NCBI GenBank assembly: GCA_902764415.1
Contig: CACWVU010000003.1
Span: 3,857-67,856, forward strand
DNA length: 64,000 bases
Direction: 5' to 3'
Origin: an uncultured bacterium
Lineage (GTDB): Bacteria > Verrucomicrobiota > Kiritimatiellia > RFP12 > UBA1067
The notes beneath the pieces are model-generated. The model was not told the origin of the DNA. It did no database searches and saw only the letters and a list, made by a program, of their open reading frames with translations. Shown one piece after another: positions 30,570-45,500 of this stretch. Position 1 is the stretch's first letter. The number at the start of each line of letters is the position of its first letter. The translations under genes and the position numbers were made by a program.

Positions 30570-33500
30570 ATGAAGCTTTCGATGACGATGAAGAAGACGA
30601 GGAGGACAGGCATGATCAAGCGTTTCGCGGCATTCGCGTTCGCGGCATTCGTCGCGTTCGGCGCCCAGGCGGTGGAGGGTGAAGGCGACATCCGCTCGGT
30701 GGAGGCGGTGTACAACCTCTCTGCCGGCTACAGCTACCCCAACGACGTCTCGCCCCACAAGGTGGGCGAGACGTTCTACATCCTGGTGCGGCTCCTCAAC
30801 GAAGACTACCGCAACCTTAACACCAACCACCAGTGGCAGATTGTGCAGAGCGCCAACGGCGTTGCCATCGGCAATGCGCAGGCCTCGGTGTTCTGGCCGG
30901 GCCTCAGGATCGCCATCGGCTCCCAGATCCGGACTGCCGACTTCTCCTCCACCGGTCCGAACGGCGAGATGTCGGGTCCGAACCTCGAGTTCCCGTACTA
31001 CACCGACTTCTACTTCAAGTACACGGTGCAGGAGGGTGAGCTTGGGCTGCCGGTAAGATTAGTCAACTCCAAGGAGCAGATCATCAACTCCGCGACCATT
31101 TCCGGCTCCTATAGCCTAAAGTTCGTGAACGTCAACACGCTCAACAACTCCAACGGCTACTACTGGAACTTGGTCAACGACAAGGGCACCATGGCCTCGT
31201 TCTGGTTTGGGCCAGATGTGCCGGATCCGGAGCCGTTTGACTACCCAACCGAGCCTTCGCCGGGCACTGGCAATGGGCATATCTTCCCAGTATACATCTA
31301 TCCCGGCCTTTATGTGCAAACTATCGACTTCGAGCCCACCTACGCCGATGCCACTGATCCCGCCAACAAGATCTGGCGCGACGTCTATCAGGGCATTTCT
31401 GACAGCCCGGGCAAGGATCCGGCGATCGTCGGCACCGCCCAGGACGAAGGCGGCGCCACCACCGTCTACATCTGGAGCGAGGACGAGAGCATCTTCTCGG
31501 TGGCCGGCATCCCGGGCGAGACGGTGTCGTACCGCGTCAAGGGCGAGCTGGTGTCGCGGACGGTCTATCCGGTGCAGCTGACGGCGAACGGCCTCTCTTC
31601 CTTCAAGCTCATGGGCGGGGCGTCGGCCGAGGTGGGCGCGTGGACCAACATCGTCCTTTGCGCCACCAAGATCCCGGCGATCAACGCCAACGAGGAGATT
31701 GTGGATGGCTGCCTGGTGACCCGCCGCGTGCGCGTCGTGGCCGCCCCGGCGCCGTTCATCACGTTCTCCGACGCGGACGGCAACCGATCCGTCTCGCTGG
31801 AGGCGACGAGCGCCTACACGGTCGGCTCGCAGATGAAGATGACCTTCTCCAAGGCGTTTGACGACTACGACGTGAAGGTGAAGCTGATGATGAGCGTCGG
31901 CTCGACGTCGATCGACCTGGTGGCGGAGAAGTACATCCTTGTTTCCGACTCCGACGGCGCCGACCCGGCGAGCACCGCGTCCCTCGCCGAGATCACGATG
32001 CCGCGCGGCCAGACCGAGACCTACTTCTACATCTACCCGCTTGGCACCTGCAAGGAGCTGAAGACGATCGGCATAGTCGTCTCCAACAGCATCGACCAGG
32101 CGACGCAGCCGGAGGCTTACGAGCAGTTCAAGGACGGCACCCACCGCAACATGACGGTGAAGGTGACCGACCAGAAGCCGGTCGTCACCGCCTCCATCCC
32201 GTCCTCGGGCTTCAAGAACGACACGGTGAACGTCGACGTCACCGTGGGCGACAACTGGCGTGACCTCTCCGAGCAGAACACCAATGGCTACAGGGTCGTC
32301 ATCATCCTCGGCGGCACCAAGGTGTACGAGACGAACGTGGTCCATTTCGCCGAGAACGAGCAGATTTCCTTCCCGGTCGTCATCCCCGCCGAGGGCAATC
32401 CGCTCAAGGGCACGGTGCAGGTGTGGGACCAGATGGGCAACGCCAGCGACACCTCCCTGGAGGGCTCGATCCTCACCATCGAGGCCCTGGCGCCGCTCAC
32501 GGTGATGGCCGGCACCTTCCAGAGCCGCGACAAGAGCGTCGCGCCCGACACCGACGCGACCTACGCCGAAGGCCAGCAGGTCTACGTCGGCGCGGTGCTC
32601 TCGTCGCCGGCGGCGACCAAGATGTACGCGTTCATCGTGCCGATGGACGCGGCAAGCTCCAACCTCGTCTACACCTCGGCGACGACGAACGGCCTCGAGA
32701 TCAACACCTCGGGCGACAACGCCCAGTACTCGGTGAGGGCGCCGATCAAGCTCCTGGACGGCGACGTCGAGGGGCGCCGCGTCAACCTTGGCGTGGTGCT
32801 GAAGGACAAGCAGGACTGGTTTGACCCTGGCGCCAAGGTGGTCGACACCTACTCCCTGGGCGGCACCTGGACCCTTACCGTCACCAACGTCCCGCCGACC
32901 TACGCGTCCGACGGCGTCTGGGGCGGCGAGGAGACGAACCGCATCGAGGTGGCCAACGGCGCGCGCTATCCCGGTCGCGTCTCCGCGACGACGCCGGTGC
33001 AGTTCAGCGTCAAGGTGGCAGATCCCGGCGTCATTGACGCGACGAGCGGCACCACCCGCGTCAGGTGGACCTGGACCGACGGTCCTGCCGACGACCGCTT
33101 CACGCAGAGCCAGATCACCACGGTCGACGCCAACGGCATCGCCACCGCCACGTTTATCTTCGAGGAAGAGGGGCAGGTTCAGAATGTCTCCCTGCAGCTG
33201 CAGGACCGCGACATGCGGGCGGACAACCCGAACGTCTTCGGTGACGACAAGTATTTCTTCTCTGTGGCAGTCGGCGACGTGCCGACCGTGATTATCGACT
33301 TTGCCAAGAGCGATGGCCCGAACTATGTGGAAACTGCCAACAAGAACCACAACTTCTTCACGGTCAAGATGTCCGAGTGGCCTACTGCCAGCGTGCCCGG
33401 CCGCGAGCGTCTCGGCCTCACCAACCCGCTGTATGTTAAAGTGACGCTGCCGACCGACTACCAGGACGACTCGCGCGCGGTCCTCCATCTCGTCGACACC

Positions 33501-36500
33501 AACGGCGTGGTACAGGTGGACGACGACGAAGGCATCGTGATTACCTTCAAGACGGCGAAGCAGGCCACCCGCGACGGCATCAAGGTCTATTTCGACCTCG
33601 ACAGCCAGAACGGCGGCTCCGGCCCGGTGATGGATCCCTCCGCGTTTCTCGTCAAGGCCGAGGTGATCACCGACACCGCAGCCAGCGACTACCAGACCTG
33701 GGCCGAGTACTACGCCTCGATCGAGGAGCAGGTCACGCTCATGAACGACAATCCGTCGAAGTTCACGCTCGACATGGCCGGCACCCAGGACTGGGCCGGC
33801 TACGCGGGCGCCACCAACGAATGGACGGCGGGCGAGACGATCAAGCTCACGTGGTCCTACACCGACATCGCGCCTGACGTCACCAACCAGGACGCCACCA
33901 TCTCCTGGACGCTCGCCGACGTCAACAACAAGCGCTCGGTGAAGGTCATCGCCGCCACGAACTCGATTACCTATTCCACAAAGTCGCCGAAGGTCGCCAC
34001 CGCCACCGGCACCTACGAGTTCAAGGTGCCGAACGCCAAGTACACCAAGGTCACGGTGACGGCGCGCGACGGCGACGGCGGCGAGGCGGCGTACGAGTTC
34101 TGGATCCACGTCATCCCGACCAAGAACGTAATCATCAACCCCTACGGCCCGAGCCCGACGACCAGCACCAAGTACGGCACCGCCTCCGGCCTCGGCCGCG
34201 GCCACATCTACGTCGAGGGCTCCACCAAGCAGTACACGATGCGCCAGTTCCAGCAGACCTGGCTGTACTCCGAGAGCGACCCCCAGGCGTTCCTCTACGC
34301 GGCCGGCTATCCGGCCACCAATACCGTCGCCTACGACGACGGCACGCTCGGCATCGCCGCCGGCTTCGAGCTCGCGGCGGAGCCGAACGCGCAGGGCGGC
34401 AAGTGGGCAACCGCGCAGGGCGAGTCCACCCGCTACAGCTACGGTCCGAGCGAGTACGACAACTACTTCTACTGCTGGCTGATGAAGAACCAGGACAGCG
34501 GCGGCTGGGAGATCCAGGTGGTCAACCCGCTGACCAGCCCCGCGACGGCCCAGCCATTCAACCCGATGCTGCCGGCCACCGACGCCAACAACAACGGCGC
34601 TTATCCGTCCATCGAGGTGGAGGCGGTCTTCGCGCGCGAGTACTACCCCTCCGACAACCTCGGCGACATCAACGCCGACGGGATCCCCGACGCCTACGTG
34701 AAGCTCTACCCCGGCTTCGGCGTCTTCGACGACGGCGGCGCGCTCACCGGCAACGACCTCAGCCGGCTTGACAACTTCAATGTCGACGAGGACTACCTGC
34801 CCGCGGCGGAGTCGGTGGAGTACGCGAAGTTCATCCCCGGCAACGCGGCCGACTGGGTGATGCGCGGCGTGCCGTTCAACGCGCGGCGCGAGATCCGCGG
34901 CTGGGACTACCACCTCAACAACGGCCCCGCCATCTCCGGCGTGCTCAACTCCGCGCCCGAGCGCCGCTACACCAATCCGAAGGAAGACGCCGACTCCACC
35001 CTCTCCGCGCTCGAGTACATGGGCTTCCTCACTTGGTGTGCGAAGAACGGGCATGACGCGGCGGACGAGGCTTCGTGGCTGCTCTGGTCGCCCGAGAACC
35101 CGACTGACCCGACGCTGGCCGACACCGACGGCGACAAGATTCCCGACGGCTACGAGTACTACATCTGGTACCGCGCCCATGTCGGCTACATCGACTACGA
35201 CGGCCAGTACCGCCGCCTGATCGGCCGCCGCTACAACACCGAGAACCCAGCCGAGCCGACGGTGATTCCGTCCGAGGAAATCGAAAGCATCTACAACCCC
35301 AACGTGCCAAACGACCTGCTCGCCTACGTCGACACCGACGGCGACGGCCTCAACGACCTCATCGAGTTCGAGCTGGGCACCAATCCGGTCGACTTCGACT
35401 CCGACGGCGACGGCCTGCCCGACGGCTTCGAGGTGTTCATCTCCAAGACCGACCCGCTTATCGCCGACCTCATGACCTCCAACCCCGACGGCGACGCCAA
35501 GGCCGAGCTGGTGGTCGAGAACCTCTCCGTAATCGGCATCCTCAATAGCGACGGCAAGGTGGAAAGGTACACGATCCTCAACCCCGACCTCGGCGAGAGC
35601 TTCGACGTCAGCGATGAGACGGTCGACGGCGACTGGACGTACATCCTGAACCTCTCCGACGGCGGCCGCGTCACCAACGCCTACGTGACGGCGACGGCGA
35701 ACGTCGTGACCAACGGCTACTTCGGCTCCATGACCGGTGCTGGCACCTACCTCGTCAGCTACCTGCCGTCCGAGTCGACCTGGAAGTGCGTCGACGTGGG
35801 CGACGGAGCCTACTACCTCGGCGAGCCGGTCGAGGTGAACCCCGGGCTCAGGATCAACTTCATCAAGGCCGGCGTCACCGCCAAGCGGACGACCCTCGCC
35901 GCGGCCCCGAAGATGGCCTACAGCGTCTGGAAGTACGACTACAGCGGGCGGCTGGTGCTCGGCCAGGAGCTGCACGAGAAGTGGACGCCCATCTTCCTGC
36001 CCGCCGGATCGACGGTCGTGGAGCGCCCAGCCGCGAAGAACGTCACGCTCCTCCACCACCATGTCTACCAGTACCGCGGGCTCGCCAAGGACAAGCTTGA
36101 CCGCTCCCGCAAGGTCTGGGTGCCCGTCAAGGCGTTCGATCCGCGCACCGCGTGGCGCGTCGCCGGCGGAGCCAACACCTCGGCGTTCTCCACCTACGAC
36201 GAGTTCATGTACCCGCACTTCCTGCTGCAGGACTCCTACCGCTACTCCGCCGGGGCGGCGCTCTATACCGGCGGCTGGTCGGTGTCGCTCTCCGAGCTCA
36301 CCCCGAACAACGACCACGGCACCCGCGTGAGCATCTGGGAGCGCTACTGTCCCGACCCGCTGAACGCCGACACCGACGGCGACGGCTGCCCCGACGGCTG
36401 GGAGGCGTACCTCTTCGACGGCCCGCCCGTGTATCTACCGGACAATGACGAAAACTTCCCGGGCGAGCGCGTCTATTCCGTGGTGCTCACGCCCTCCATC

Positions 36501-39500
36501 TACAACATCGGCTGCAAGGTCGCGGCGGGCTCGCCGGTCTCCTCCTCGGTCGCCGAGGACGGCTCCTCCAGCTGGGCCGACGAATACGCCGGCTACGACT
36601 CCACCGGCGCCTATCCCGACTGCCCGACGATCGTCAACGGCAACCGCTTCCCGGACTGGACCAACAAGGCGTGGCCGACCGATCCGTGGCAGGACGACAC
36701 CGACGGCGACGGCATCCCCGACATGGCCGAACGCGACTTCTTCCGCTACGGCAACGCGACCGCCCCCGGCGCGGGCGGCGGCCTCAACCCGCTTTCGTGG
36801 GACACCGACCAGGACGGCCTGCCCGACCCGTGGGAGGCCGAGTTCGCCGGAACCTACACCCCAGGAGACGAGAAGACGACCGCCACCACCGTCGCCGTGG
36901 ACGAGAACGGCAACACCAACACCACCGTCTCGGTCACCCGTGCCGGCGGCACCTGGTCCGGCGGCATGGACGGCACCGTCAACGACGCGACGCTCGACTA
37001 CGACCACGACGGTCTCCAGAACTGGCAGGAGTACCTCGTTGGCGCGATGCGCTGCTGGCGCTACGACGACACCATCTCCGAGTGGGACAACAACGTATTC
37101 AACGAGATGGCTCTGCAAGCCGCGATAGACAATCTGTCAGGCGTTGCCGATGTTGCCGACGCCAATGTCTGGAACGCGTTCTGGACCGACCGTCTGGTGA
37201 GCGATGCCCAGCAGGGCGCCAACCCCGACGGCCAGTATCCGGTCGGCAAGGGCTACAGCCCGGACCACGCCGGCTACAACCCGCGTATCACGGTTGACGG
37301 CTTTTTCGACTGCAGCGCCAGCTACTTCTCGCTCTGCGAGAACGAGTGGGACCCCGTCGCCGGCAGCTGGTACATGTTCCGCGACGGCATCAACCACGAC
37401 CTCTCCAACCCCGGCGAGGAGTGGACGTTCCTTGAGGGTTCGACGCTCGTCCAGTGCAACCGCTTCACCTGGCGCCCGTACTACGAGGCGCTATCCGGCA
37501 GCTCGCCAAAGAGCCTCGGCGACGACTCGATGTCCGGCGGCTACGACTTCGGCACGTTCCCGAGCTACGTCATCGCGCCAGACAGGTACATCTGCTGCGA
37601 CCCGACCCTCGCCGACACCGACGGCGACGGCATGGACGACTACTACGAGCTCTACCACGGCATGAACCCGCTGCTCGGCATCGCTGGCGCGAGCGAACGC
37701 AGCAACGGCGGCTACGACCTCGTCTTCGCCGCGTACGGCGGCGGACAGGGCACCCCCGGTTCCGAGGAGCCTCCGCCCGCCTCCGCCGATGTCAACTACT
37801 GGAAAAAGCGGCCGACGGACGGCACCCAGAGCCCCAACCCCTGCTGGCGCATCAACCAGACCCGGCGCATTGGCACGGGCCTGAGCGACTACGACTACGA
37901 GGCCTATCCCTGGCTCAACGGCCTCGCCTACGCCGACCCCGACGGCGACGACCTGCGCAACCAGACCGAGTCGATCATGTCTGACATGCAGGCCCAGTCG
38001 ACCTGGCTCCACTCCGACCCGACGCCGCTGTGGATGACCGATCTCGACTACGAGGGGTCGATTACCCACCGCTACTACATCCCCACGGAGGTCCGCGGCC
38101 TCATCATCCTCGGCGCGCCCGACGGCTTCTTCGACCCCGAGACCCTGAAGGAGTACAAGTTCAACGACTTCATGGGCTACACCTGGGTTGACGGCGAGCC
38201 GCCGACACTCTCCATCGCCGGCGTCGACCTCAACCTCGGCAATGTCTTTGACGTCGCGTACGACTTCGAGGAGAACGAGGGCTACGACACCGACCACGAC
38301 TACATTTCCGACCACGACGAGGCCGCCGGCAAGACCAAGAGCGCCTCCGACCCGCAGGACTCCGACTCGCCGCTGCGCCGCCAGGCGATGTACTTCCCCG
38401 GCGAGGACTCGCTTCTCGAGACCACCCTCGAGGACCCCGAGTACTCGGCCGTTGGCGCGATCATCGGCAACGACCTGCCGTTCCTCTACTACACCGTCGA
38501 GTGCTGGGCCAAGCCCGAGGGCGACCTCACCCGCGACCAGACGGTGGTTGAGCGCGCGGTCTACACCGGCAAGTCGAACCTCGGCGACGAGCAGTTCCTC
38601 CGCAAGAACTTCCTCATCGGCATCAAGAACGGCCGCTGGTACACGATGTACGACTCGGCCGGCACCTCCGTCAACGATCCGCAGCAGATTCTCGACGGCC
38701 CGTTCGCGACCACCAACTGGACGCACGTCGCGGCGACCTTCGACGGCGAATACCTGAGCCTCTACATCAACGGCGTCAAGTACAAGCAGATCAAGACCAG
38801 CCTCCGGCCCGAAAACGGCGTCGCCGCGGTCGGCACCGACGTCGGCGGACGGCTCGAAGGCCGGTCCGACTGGGGCAACTACGCCGCCATCCTCGTGGGC
38901 GCGTCGGCGACGACCTTCGAGGGCGTCGTGATGGACAGCCTCTACCGCCAGCTTTCGATGGTCGGCACCAAGTTCAGCGACTACGACCGCTACTTCCGGG
39001 GCTACGTCGACGAAGTCAGGGTATGGGACGGCGCGCGCGCCGAGAGCGAGATCCGCGCCGACTACAAGAAGCGCTACACCCGCGCCGACGCGCTCGCCAA
39101 CCGCGAGGCCGTCTGGGAGGTCTGGAGCCAGGGCATCGTCAACCGCTCGCCGTCCACCGAGAACCTGCTCCCGGCCGAGCTCAGGCGCCACTGGACGTTC
39201 GACCACATGCCCGGCGGCGTCAGCACCGACGTGGTGATGCGCAGCCCCGCCGGCTTTACCACCGCCGAGGGCGTCGTCGACGCCAAGGCCATCTGGTCGC
39301 GACCCAAGGAATGGGAGAGCCCGTGGTGGACCTCGGTTGAAGTCCGCTCGACCGTCTACAAGGAGCATTACGAGGCCTGGATTCCGTGGATTTCCGACAC
39401 CGTCGGCCATCTGCCGCGGTTCGACAAGACCACCACCGACTCCAAGTACTGGAGCGAGGACATGATTGGCGGCGAGTTCGCCTCCACCTTCGGCTATTCG

Positions 39501-42500
39501 CAGGTCTCCTTCCCGCGCTCGGCCGAGCCCTGGAGCCGCTGGCGCCAGGCGCTGCACCGCACGGTCCCCGCGACCGCCATCGACGAGCGCTACAACTGGA
39601 TCTCCGAGGATCCAGCCCTCCTGCTCACCTACTACTTCACCATGCGCTATCGCCTGAAGGAGGGCTTCGACCTGCTGCCGCTCGGCGGCGCCTACGCCAA
39701 GCGCATATCCGCCGCCGAGGGCGGCATGTGGGACGACGGAACCGCCGCCGACGCCTGGGCCGAGACCGGCGCCGACGCCGACTTCGACCGCCTGCCCGAC
39801 TGGTGGGCCGACTACGCGCGCAACAACTACTGCGACCCGCTCGACCCGCCGGAGCGCATCGGCTGGGACACCGCCGTCAACTACGACGGCATCGTCATGG
39901 CCGCCTGGGCCGCCTACCTGCGCGACCTCGCCCGCGGCATGCTCTCCGACGGCAAGTACCACCCCGAGTTCGCCGACAACCGCGACCTCGACCACGACGG
40001 CATCCCCGACTGGTGGGAGGACATGTACAAGATCAACACCGGCTCGAAGGACGACGCCGTCGCCGACCCCGACCACGACGGCCTCTCCAACTACCAGGAG
40101 TACCTCATCTCCGAGGTCGACCGCATCGTCGCGCTCGATCCGACCCTCGCCCACTCCATCACCGAGGACGTGGTCGACTACTACGTCCAGACCACCAACT
40201 CGCTCGGCGAGACCGTCTACCTCGGCGAGCTCTACGCCGACCACGACTTCATGGAGGACCTCGAGGAGGACGCGAACGGCCTCGACCGCACCCGCTACGA
40301 CGCCAACACCGACGCCGACGAGGACGGCTGGTCGGCCTGGAGCGAGCTGCGCTACTCCGACTACAAGCTGACGACCGCCCAGAAGTTCGTCTCGCACCTC
40401 GCCGGCGTCGAGGAGGTCGAGGACTACCCGGTCCCGGTCGTCCACGCCACCCTGCGCTACAACGGCTCCAAGGTGCCAGTCGGCTCCACCGCGCCGGTCA
40501 TCGTCTACGCCTACTCCGGCAACAACCTCCAGAACGAGCCCAACGCCGTCTACACCGTCACCCCGGGCGCCAGCGAGACCCGCTACCTCTACCTCGGCTT
40601 CTTCGAGGACCGCGTCTTCCACGGCACCCTCACCCCGGGCTGGGTGGTCAACAACCTCGGCTCGTTCTCGCTCCAGGTGGCGCATGCCCAGCCCGACGAC
40701 ATCTTCAGCTGGGAGATCTTCGACGACGAAGGCAACAGCCTCGGCCTCTACTCCGGCACCTACGATGAGATGCGGGCGGCGGTCACCACCTACGGCAGCC
40801 GTTGCAAGGTGAAGACGAAGGAGTTTGTCTGGTCCGACACCCTCGCCTCCGGCAACGGCGGCACCAGCGACGACGAGTTCGCCCTCAAGATCGCCTCCGT
40901 CGACAGCACGATGAAGGGCCATATCCTGCTCTTCAACAAGCGCGTGGGCGACATCGATCTCATCACCGGCGACTTCGACCTCGACGTCAGCGTGCTCAAG
41001 TCGTATTTCATGACCTATGGCATCGCGCTGCCGCAGCACTTCCTGCGTCTCATGTACCAGTCCCAGCTGCCGACGCTGCAGACCAAGGACCTCCAGGTCT
41101 CGCTCGCCCGGCCCGACCGCGGCAAGCTCACCGAGGGCGTCACCGCCTTCGTCGCGTTCATCGATGCTGACGGCGACGGCGCCTTCACCCCCGGCACCGA
41201 CCCGATCGGCTTCATGAAGGACGTCGAGGTCGGCTGGGACCAGGTGCCCTCGCTCGTCATCGAGATGACCGACTCCTCGCAGGCCGCCGGCGAGCGCTTC
41301 GCCTACGGCGGCGGCTCCAACACCGTCGACACCCTGCGCATCATCCGCACCTCGGTTAACGGCTCCGAGGAGGGCGTCAAGCGCCGCATCGTCTACAGCC
41401 GCGAGACCGGCGACGTCAAGCGCAACACCGTCTACGAGGGCGACCTCGTCACCTCCGGCAAGTTCGGCCTCGACTGGTCCAGCCTGCGCGCCGACCTCAA
41501 GGCGATGGAGACGGTCGCGTTCGACGACGTCACCGAAGTCGGCTACACCGTCACCCTCGGCGGCGGCTCGGTGCAGAACATCAACCCGGCGAATGTGGCC
41601 CGCACGTTCACGGTGGAGTACACCACCAAGCCGGTCAAGCCCACCCTCTACTCGCCGAGCGCCCTCGCCGACCCGAAGGTCGAGACCGCGCGGCCCGAGT
41701 TCAAGTGGTCCGGCGCCGACGGCTACACCTCCTTCATCCTCCAGATCTGGAACGCCGAGACGAACGTCTACGCCTCGCCGCTCACCGCGCTGCCGCCGAC
41801 CGACTCCTTCGGCCGCTACTTCTGGACGCCGCCGGTCTACATCGGCAACGACATAAGCGACGACGCCTGGGCGCTCAACAACAACACCAACTACCGCTGG
41901 CGCGTGGCGATGTTCAACGCCAAGTTCTCCGACACCAACGCCGCGGACGTGGCGTGGAGCGACTTCGCCGCCTTCGAGACCCGGCTCGCCCCGGCGAACG
42001 ACTTCTCGACCCGCCTCGGCCGCGCCGACGTCAAGGTGCGCTACTACGGCCCGGCCACCAACGAGCTCGGCACGGTGATCGTGCAGCTCTTCCGCAACGC
42101 CGACTTCGCCGGTGTCCCCGCCGCGCAGACCCGCCTCTACGCCGCCGACCTCGCCGCCGAGGCGAACTCGCTCACCAACGCCGCGGCCGTCTCCTTCCTC
42201 GGCCTCGACGCCGACGAGTACTTCGCGGTCGCCTTCATCGACCGCAACGGCAACGCCAAGCGCGAGCCCTACGAGACCTGGGGCTACTCCGCCCAGGTCG
42301 GCCATTCGCTGCCGGCCATCTGGCGTCCGCTCGGCGCCAAGGTCGACCCGACCAGCTCCGAGGTTTCGACGGTCGAGGTGTTCATGGAGGACACCGACGT
42401 CAACCGCGACGACATCCTCGACTGGAACCAGGACGAGTCGCTGCTCGCCACCGCCGCGTCCGGCACCGCCTCCGGCGCCGACACGAGCGACGTCGACCTT

Positions 42501-45500
42501 GACGGCCTCACCGGCGACGAGGAGACCGGCGACACCTACACCAACAGGCAGCGGTGGGACACCGACGGCGACGGCATGCCCGACGGCTGGGAGGCCCGCT
42601 TCGCCGACACCGACCCGCTCATGGCCGACGCCGAGCTCGCCGCGGACGGCGACCTGATGGCATTCGCCGTCACCAACGGCATCTACCGCCTCGTCACCGA
42701 CGCCGCCGGCGCGCGCTACCTCGTGCGCGACACCAACTCCGCCTACCGCGTGGGCGACGTGATCTCGACCACCAACCTCGTCACCACCTACGACTACATG
42801 ACGGTAGTCGCCGACGAGACCGGCACCAACTTCGTCACCGTCACCTACGCCGGCCTCGGCACCAATGTCCTCGCGACCGGCACCTTCAAGATCGACACCA
42901 TCTCGCCGGTGTCGGTGGCGCTCGTCCACGCCCAGGTCTACGACGAGTTCGGCTACTGGCAGTCCACCGCGGTCGACCCCGCCGACCCGCTCACCAAGCC
43001 GTTCACCGCGCTCGACAAGTACATGCTCGCGCGCTACTTCGAGGCGATCGGCTTCACCGGCGTCCGTGAGGAGGCGATGAACGTCTCGAAGACGTGGAAG
43101 GACTTCACCCTCAAGCCGCTCGACGCCGACTGCGACCGCGACGGCGTGGCCGACGGCTGGGAGCTCTACCTCATGTTCGGCACCAACGGCGTCGCCACCG
43201 CCCAGACCCTCGCGACGCCGGCCGCCGCCGAGATCAGCCCGTGGAAGTACGCCGACCGCGACGCTGACATCGATGGCGACGAACTCTCGCTCGTCGACGA
43301 ATACGCCCAGGGCCGCACCCCGTCCGATCCGTGGAACAAGTACTCGGTCTACGAGGAGCTGCTCGCCGCCGGCGTCGTGCCGGAGGACGCCGACAAGTTC
43401 ACCGACGCCAAGGCCCGCCGCTTCGCGATCGCCGCGGCCGACTACGACGAGGACTGGGACCTCGACCAGATATCCAATGTCCAGGAGATGTGGGCGTACT
43501 ACCGCGACATGGCGCGCCTCGCCGACATCGACCCGGAGAACCCGCGGTCCGACGGCTTCACGCCCGACTACTTCCGCATGATCGGCACCAACAGCTACCT
43601 TGGCGCCTACTACAACGGCGCCGAGTTCGTCGAGCGCGCCGCCCGCAGCATGCTCGACATCACCGACCTCAGGATGGCCGGCACCCGCGACCTCTACCAC
43701 TCCGGCTGGGACCTCTGGTCGATCGTCCGCTACTCCTACGCCAAGCAGGAGGAGAGCGGCGAGGAGTTCTCCGAGGAGCTGAGCGTCGCCAACAAGTACA
43801 CCTATGTGATGTTCGAGGGCTACGAAGGCGTCACCGAGGACGCGCTCGTCAAGTTCCACCACGACGATCTTGGCCATGCCACCTGCGGCTCGCTTGCCGG
43901 AGTGATAACCACCCACGGCGGCCTCGAGCAGATGAAGGAGGAAATCCGCCAGCGCTCGGTGAGCGCCCTTGACGCCTCCGGCTTCGATACACCCGAGCCG
44001 ATGGTGAAGTTCACCTTCCGGTATACCGGCTTCGGCATGCGCGACGTGATCGTCGACGTCTGGCAGACCTCGTCGATCTACCCCGAGCGCGGCGAGCAGG
44101 TTGCATCCTCCTTCGCGCTCCAGCCCGCCTTCGACGCCGGCGTCGCCTACGCACGGGCGAAGTTCCCCGCGCGCGGCACCCTCAAGCAGGGCCCGGCGAA
44201 GTTCGTCGCCTACATCGACGCGGACGAGTCCGGCACGCTCTCGCCCGGCGAGACCTTCGGCGTCGCCGAGGCCAACGTGGGCTACTCCGACCTCGACCTT
44301 ACCATCCGGCTCGGCGACGGCAATCCGGCCCTGCCGACCATCAACCTCGTCGCCAACGGCACCAACGACACCGAGCGTCCGATCCAGACGGTGGCGATCG
44401 TCCGCACCAAGGTGAACGGCCAGTACGTCTCGCCGCGCGGCGTGATGCTCAAGCGCTACGACAACAACGTCAACCGCACCGCCATCTACCCGAGCGACTG
44501 GATCAACGAGACCGACGGCTTCATCGGCGTCGACAAGTACCTCGCCTTCGACGCGCAGGCCGACATCGACCCGAGCGACGAAACGCTGCCGGCGGTCGAG
44601 GAGGTCACCTACGAGATCGTGAAGCTCCGCCGCTCGTTCCTGATCGACAGCGACGACGGCACCAAGATCAGCAACACCAACCTCAACCACTACGTCTACA
44701 CCGAGGTGGTCGAGGACGAGGAGACCGGCGACAGCTCCAACGTCTACCACACCGTCGACCAGCAGGTGAACGAGGAGTTCACCCTCCGCTACTCGGTCGC
44801 GCGCGACGTCCCGCTCGAGGTGACCGGTTCCGCCGCCTCGAAGGCGAGCGACACCGTCGTCTCGTTCCTGGTCCCGGCCGACCGCGCGGTCACCAAGTTC
44901 TGGCTCGACATCGACGGCTCCGTCAAGGGCGGCGACTCCGACCGCGGCTTCCTGCTCGCGAACCTGGTGACGGGCGACGTCCTCAACACCGCCCCCGGCC
45001 TGACTGGCCAGTACACGAGCCGCCGCGTCATCCTCGACGGCGACTGGTTCCGCGAGAACGGCATCGCGTTCACCGAGGGCGAGCACGGCGTGCGCGTAGC
45101 GCTCGGCAACGACAAGTTCCCGGCCGCCCCGACCGAAGCGGCGGAATGGTCCGAGCGGGCAGAGTTCAGCGTCGCCGCGGACGCCGTCTTCAAGGGCATG
45201 GTTGCGGTGCGGGCGGTTCACCCGGTCGTCACCAACGAGAACGCCTTCACCACCATCACCGTCGCCGCCTACGAGCAGCCGGACCTCGCCAACCCGGTGG
45301 CGACCGCGACCAGCGTCACCAACGGCGCGGCGGTGGTGCTCGGCGGCCTCAGGACCGGCCGCAAGTACTACCTCGCCGCCTGGTACGTGAAGGACGCCGC
45401 CGACGGACGCAGCGGCTCCTCCGCCGCCGATCCGAAGGTGCGCATGCCCTACGACACCTGGGGCTACCTGACGATGCTCGGCGAGGCCACCAATGGCTTC

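Noticed and set aside
39386-40768. Long + strand out-of-frame ORFs inside the giant genes and glycosidases, for example 39386..40768, 45146..46480, 58193..60568, 4301..5350, 14069..14971 and 21398..22171.
   Set aside because: They are R/P/G-rich translations of the +1 or +2 frame of high-GC coding sequence. The overlapping main frame carries all the recognisable domains.
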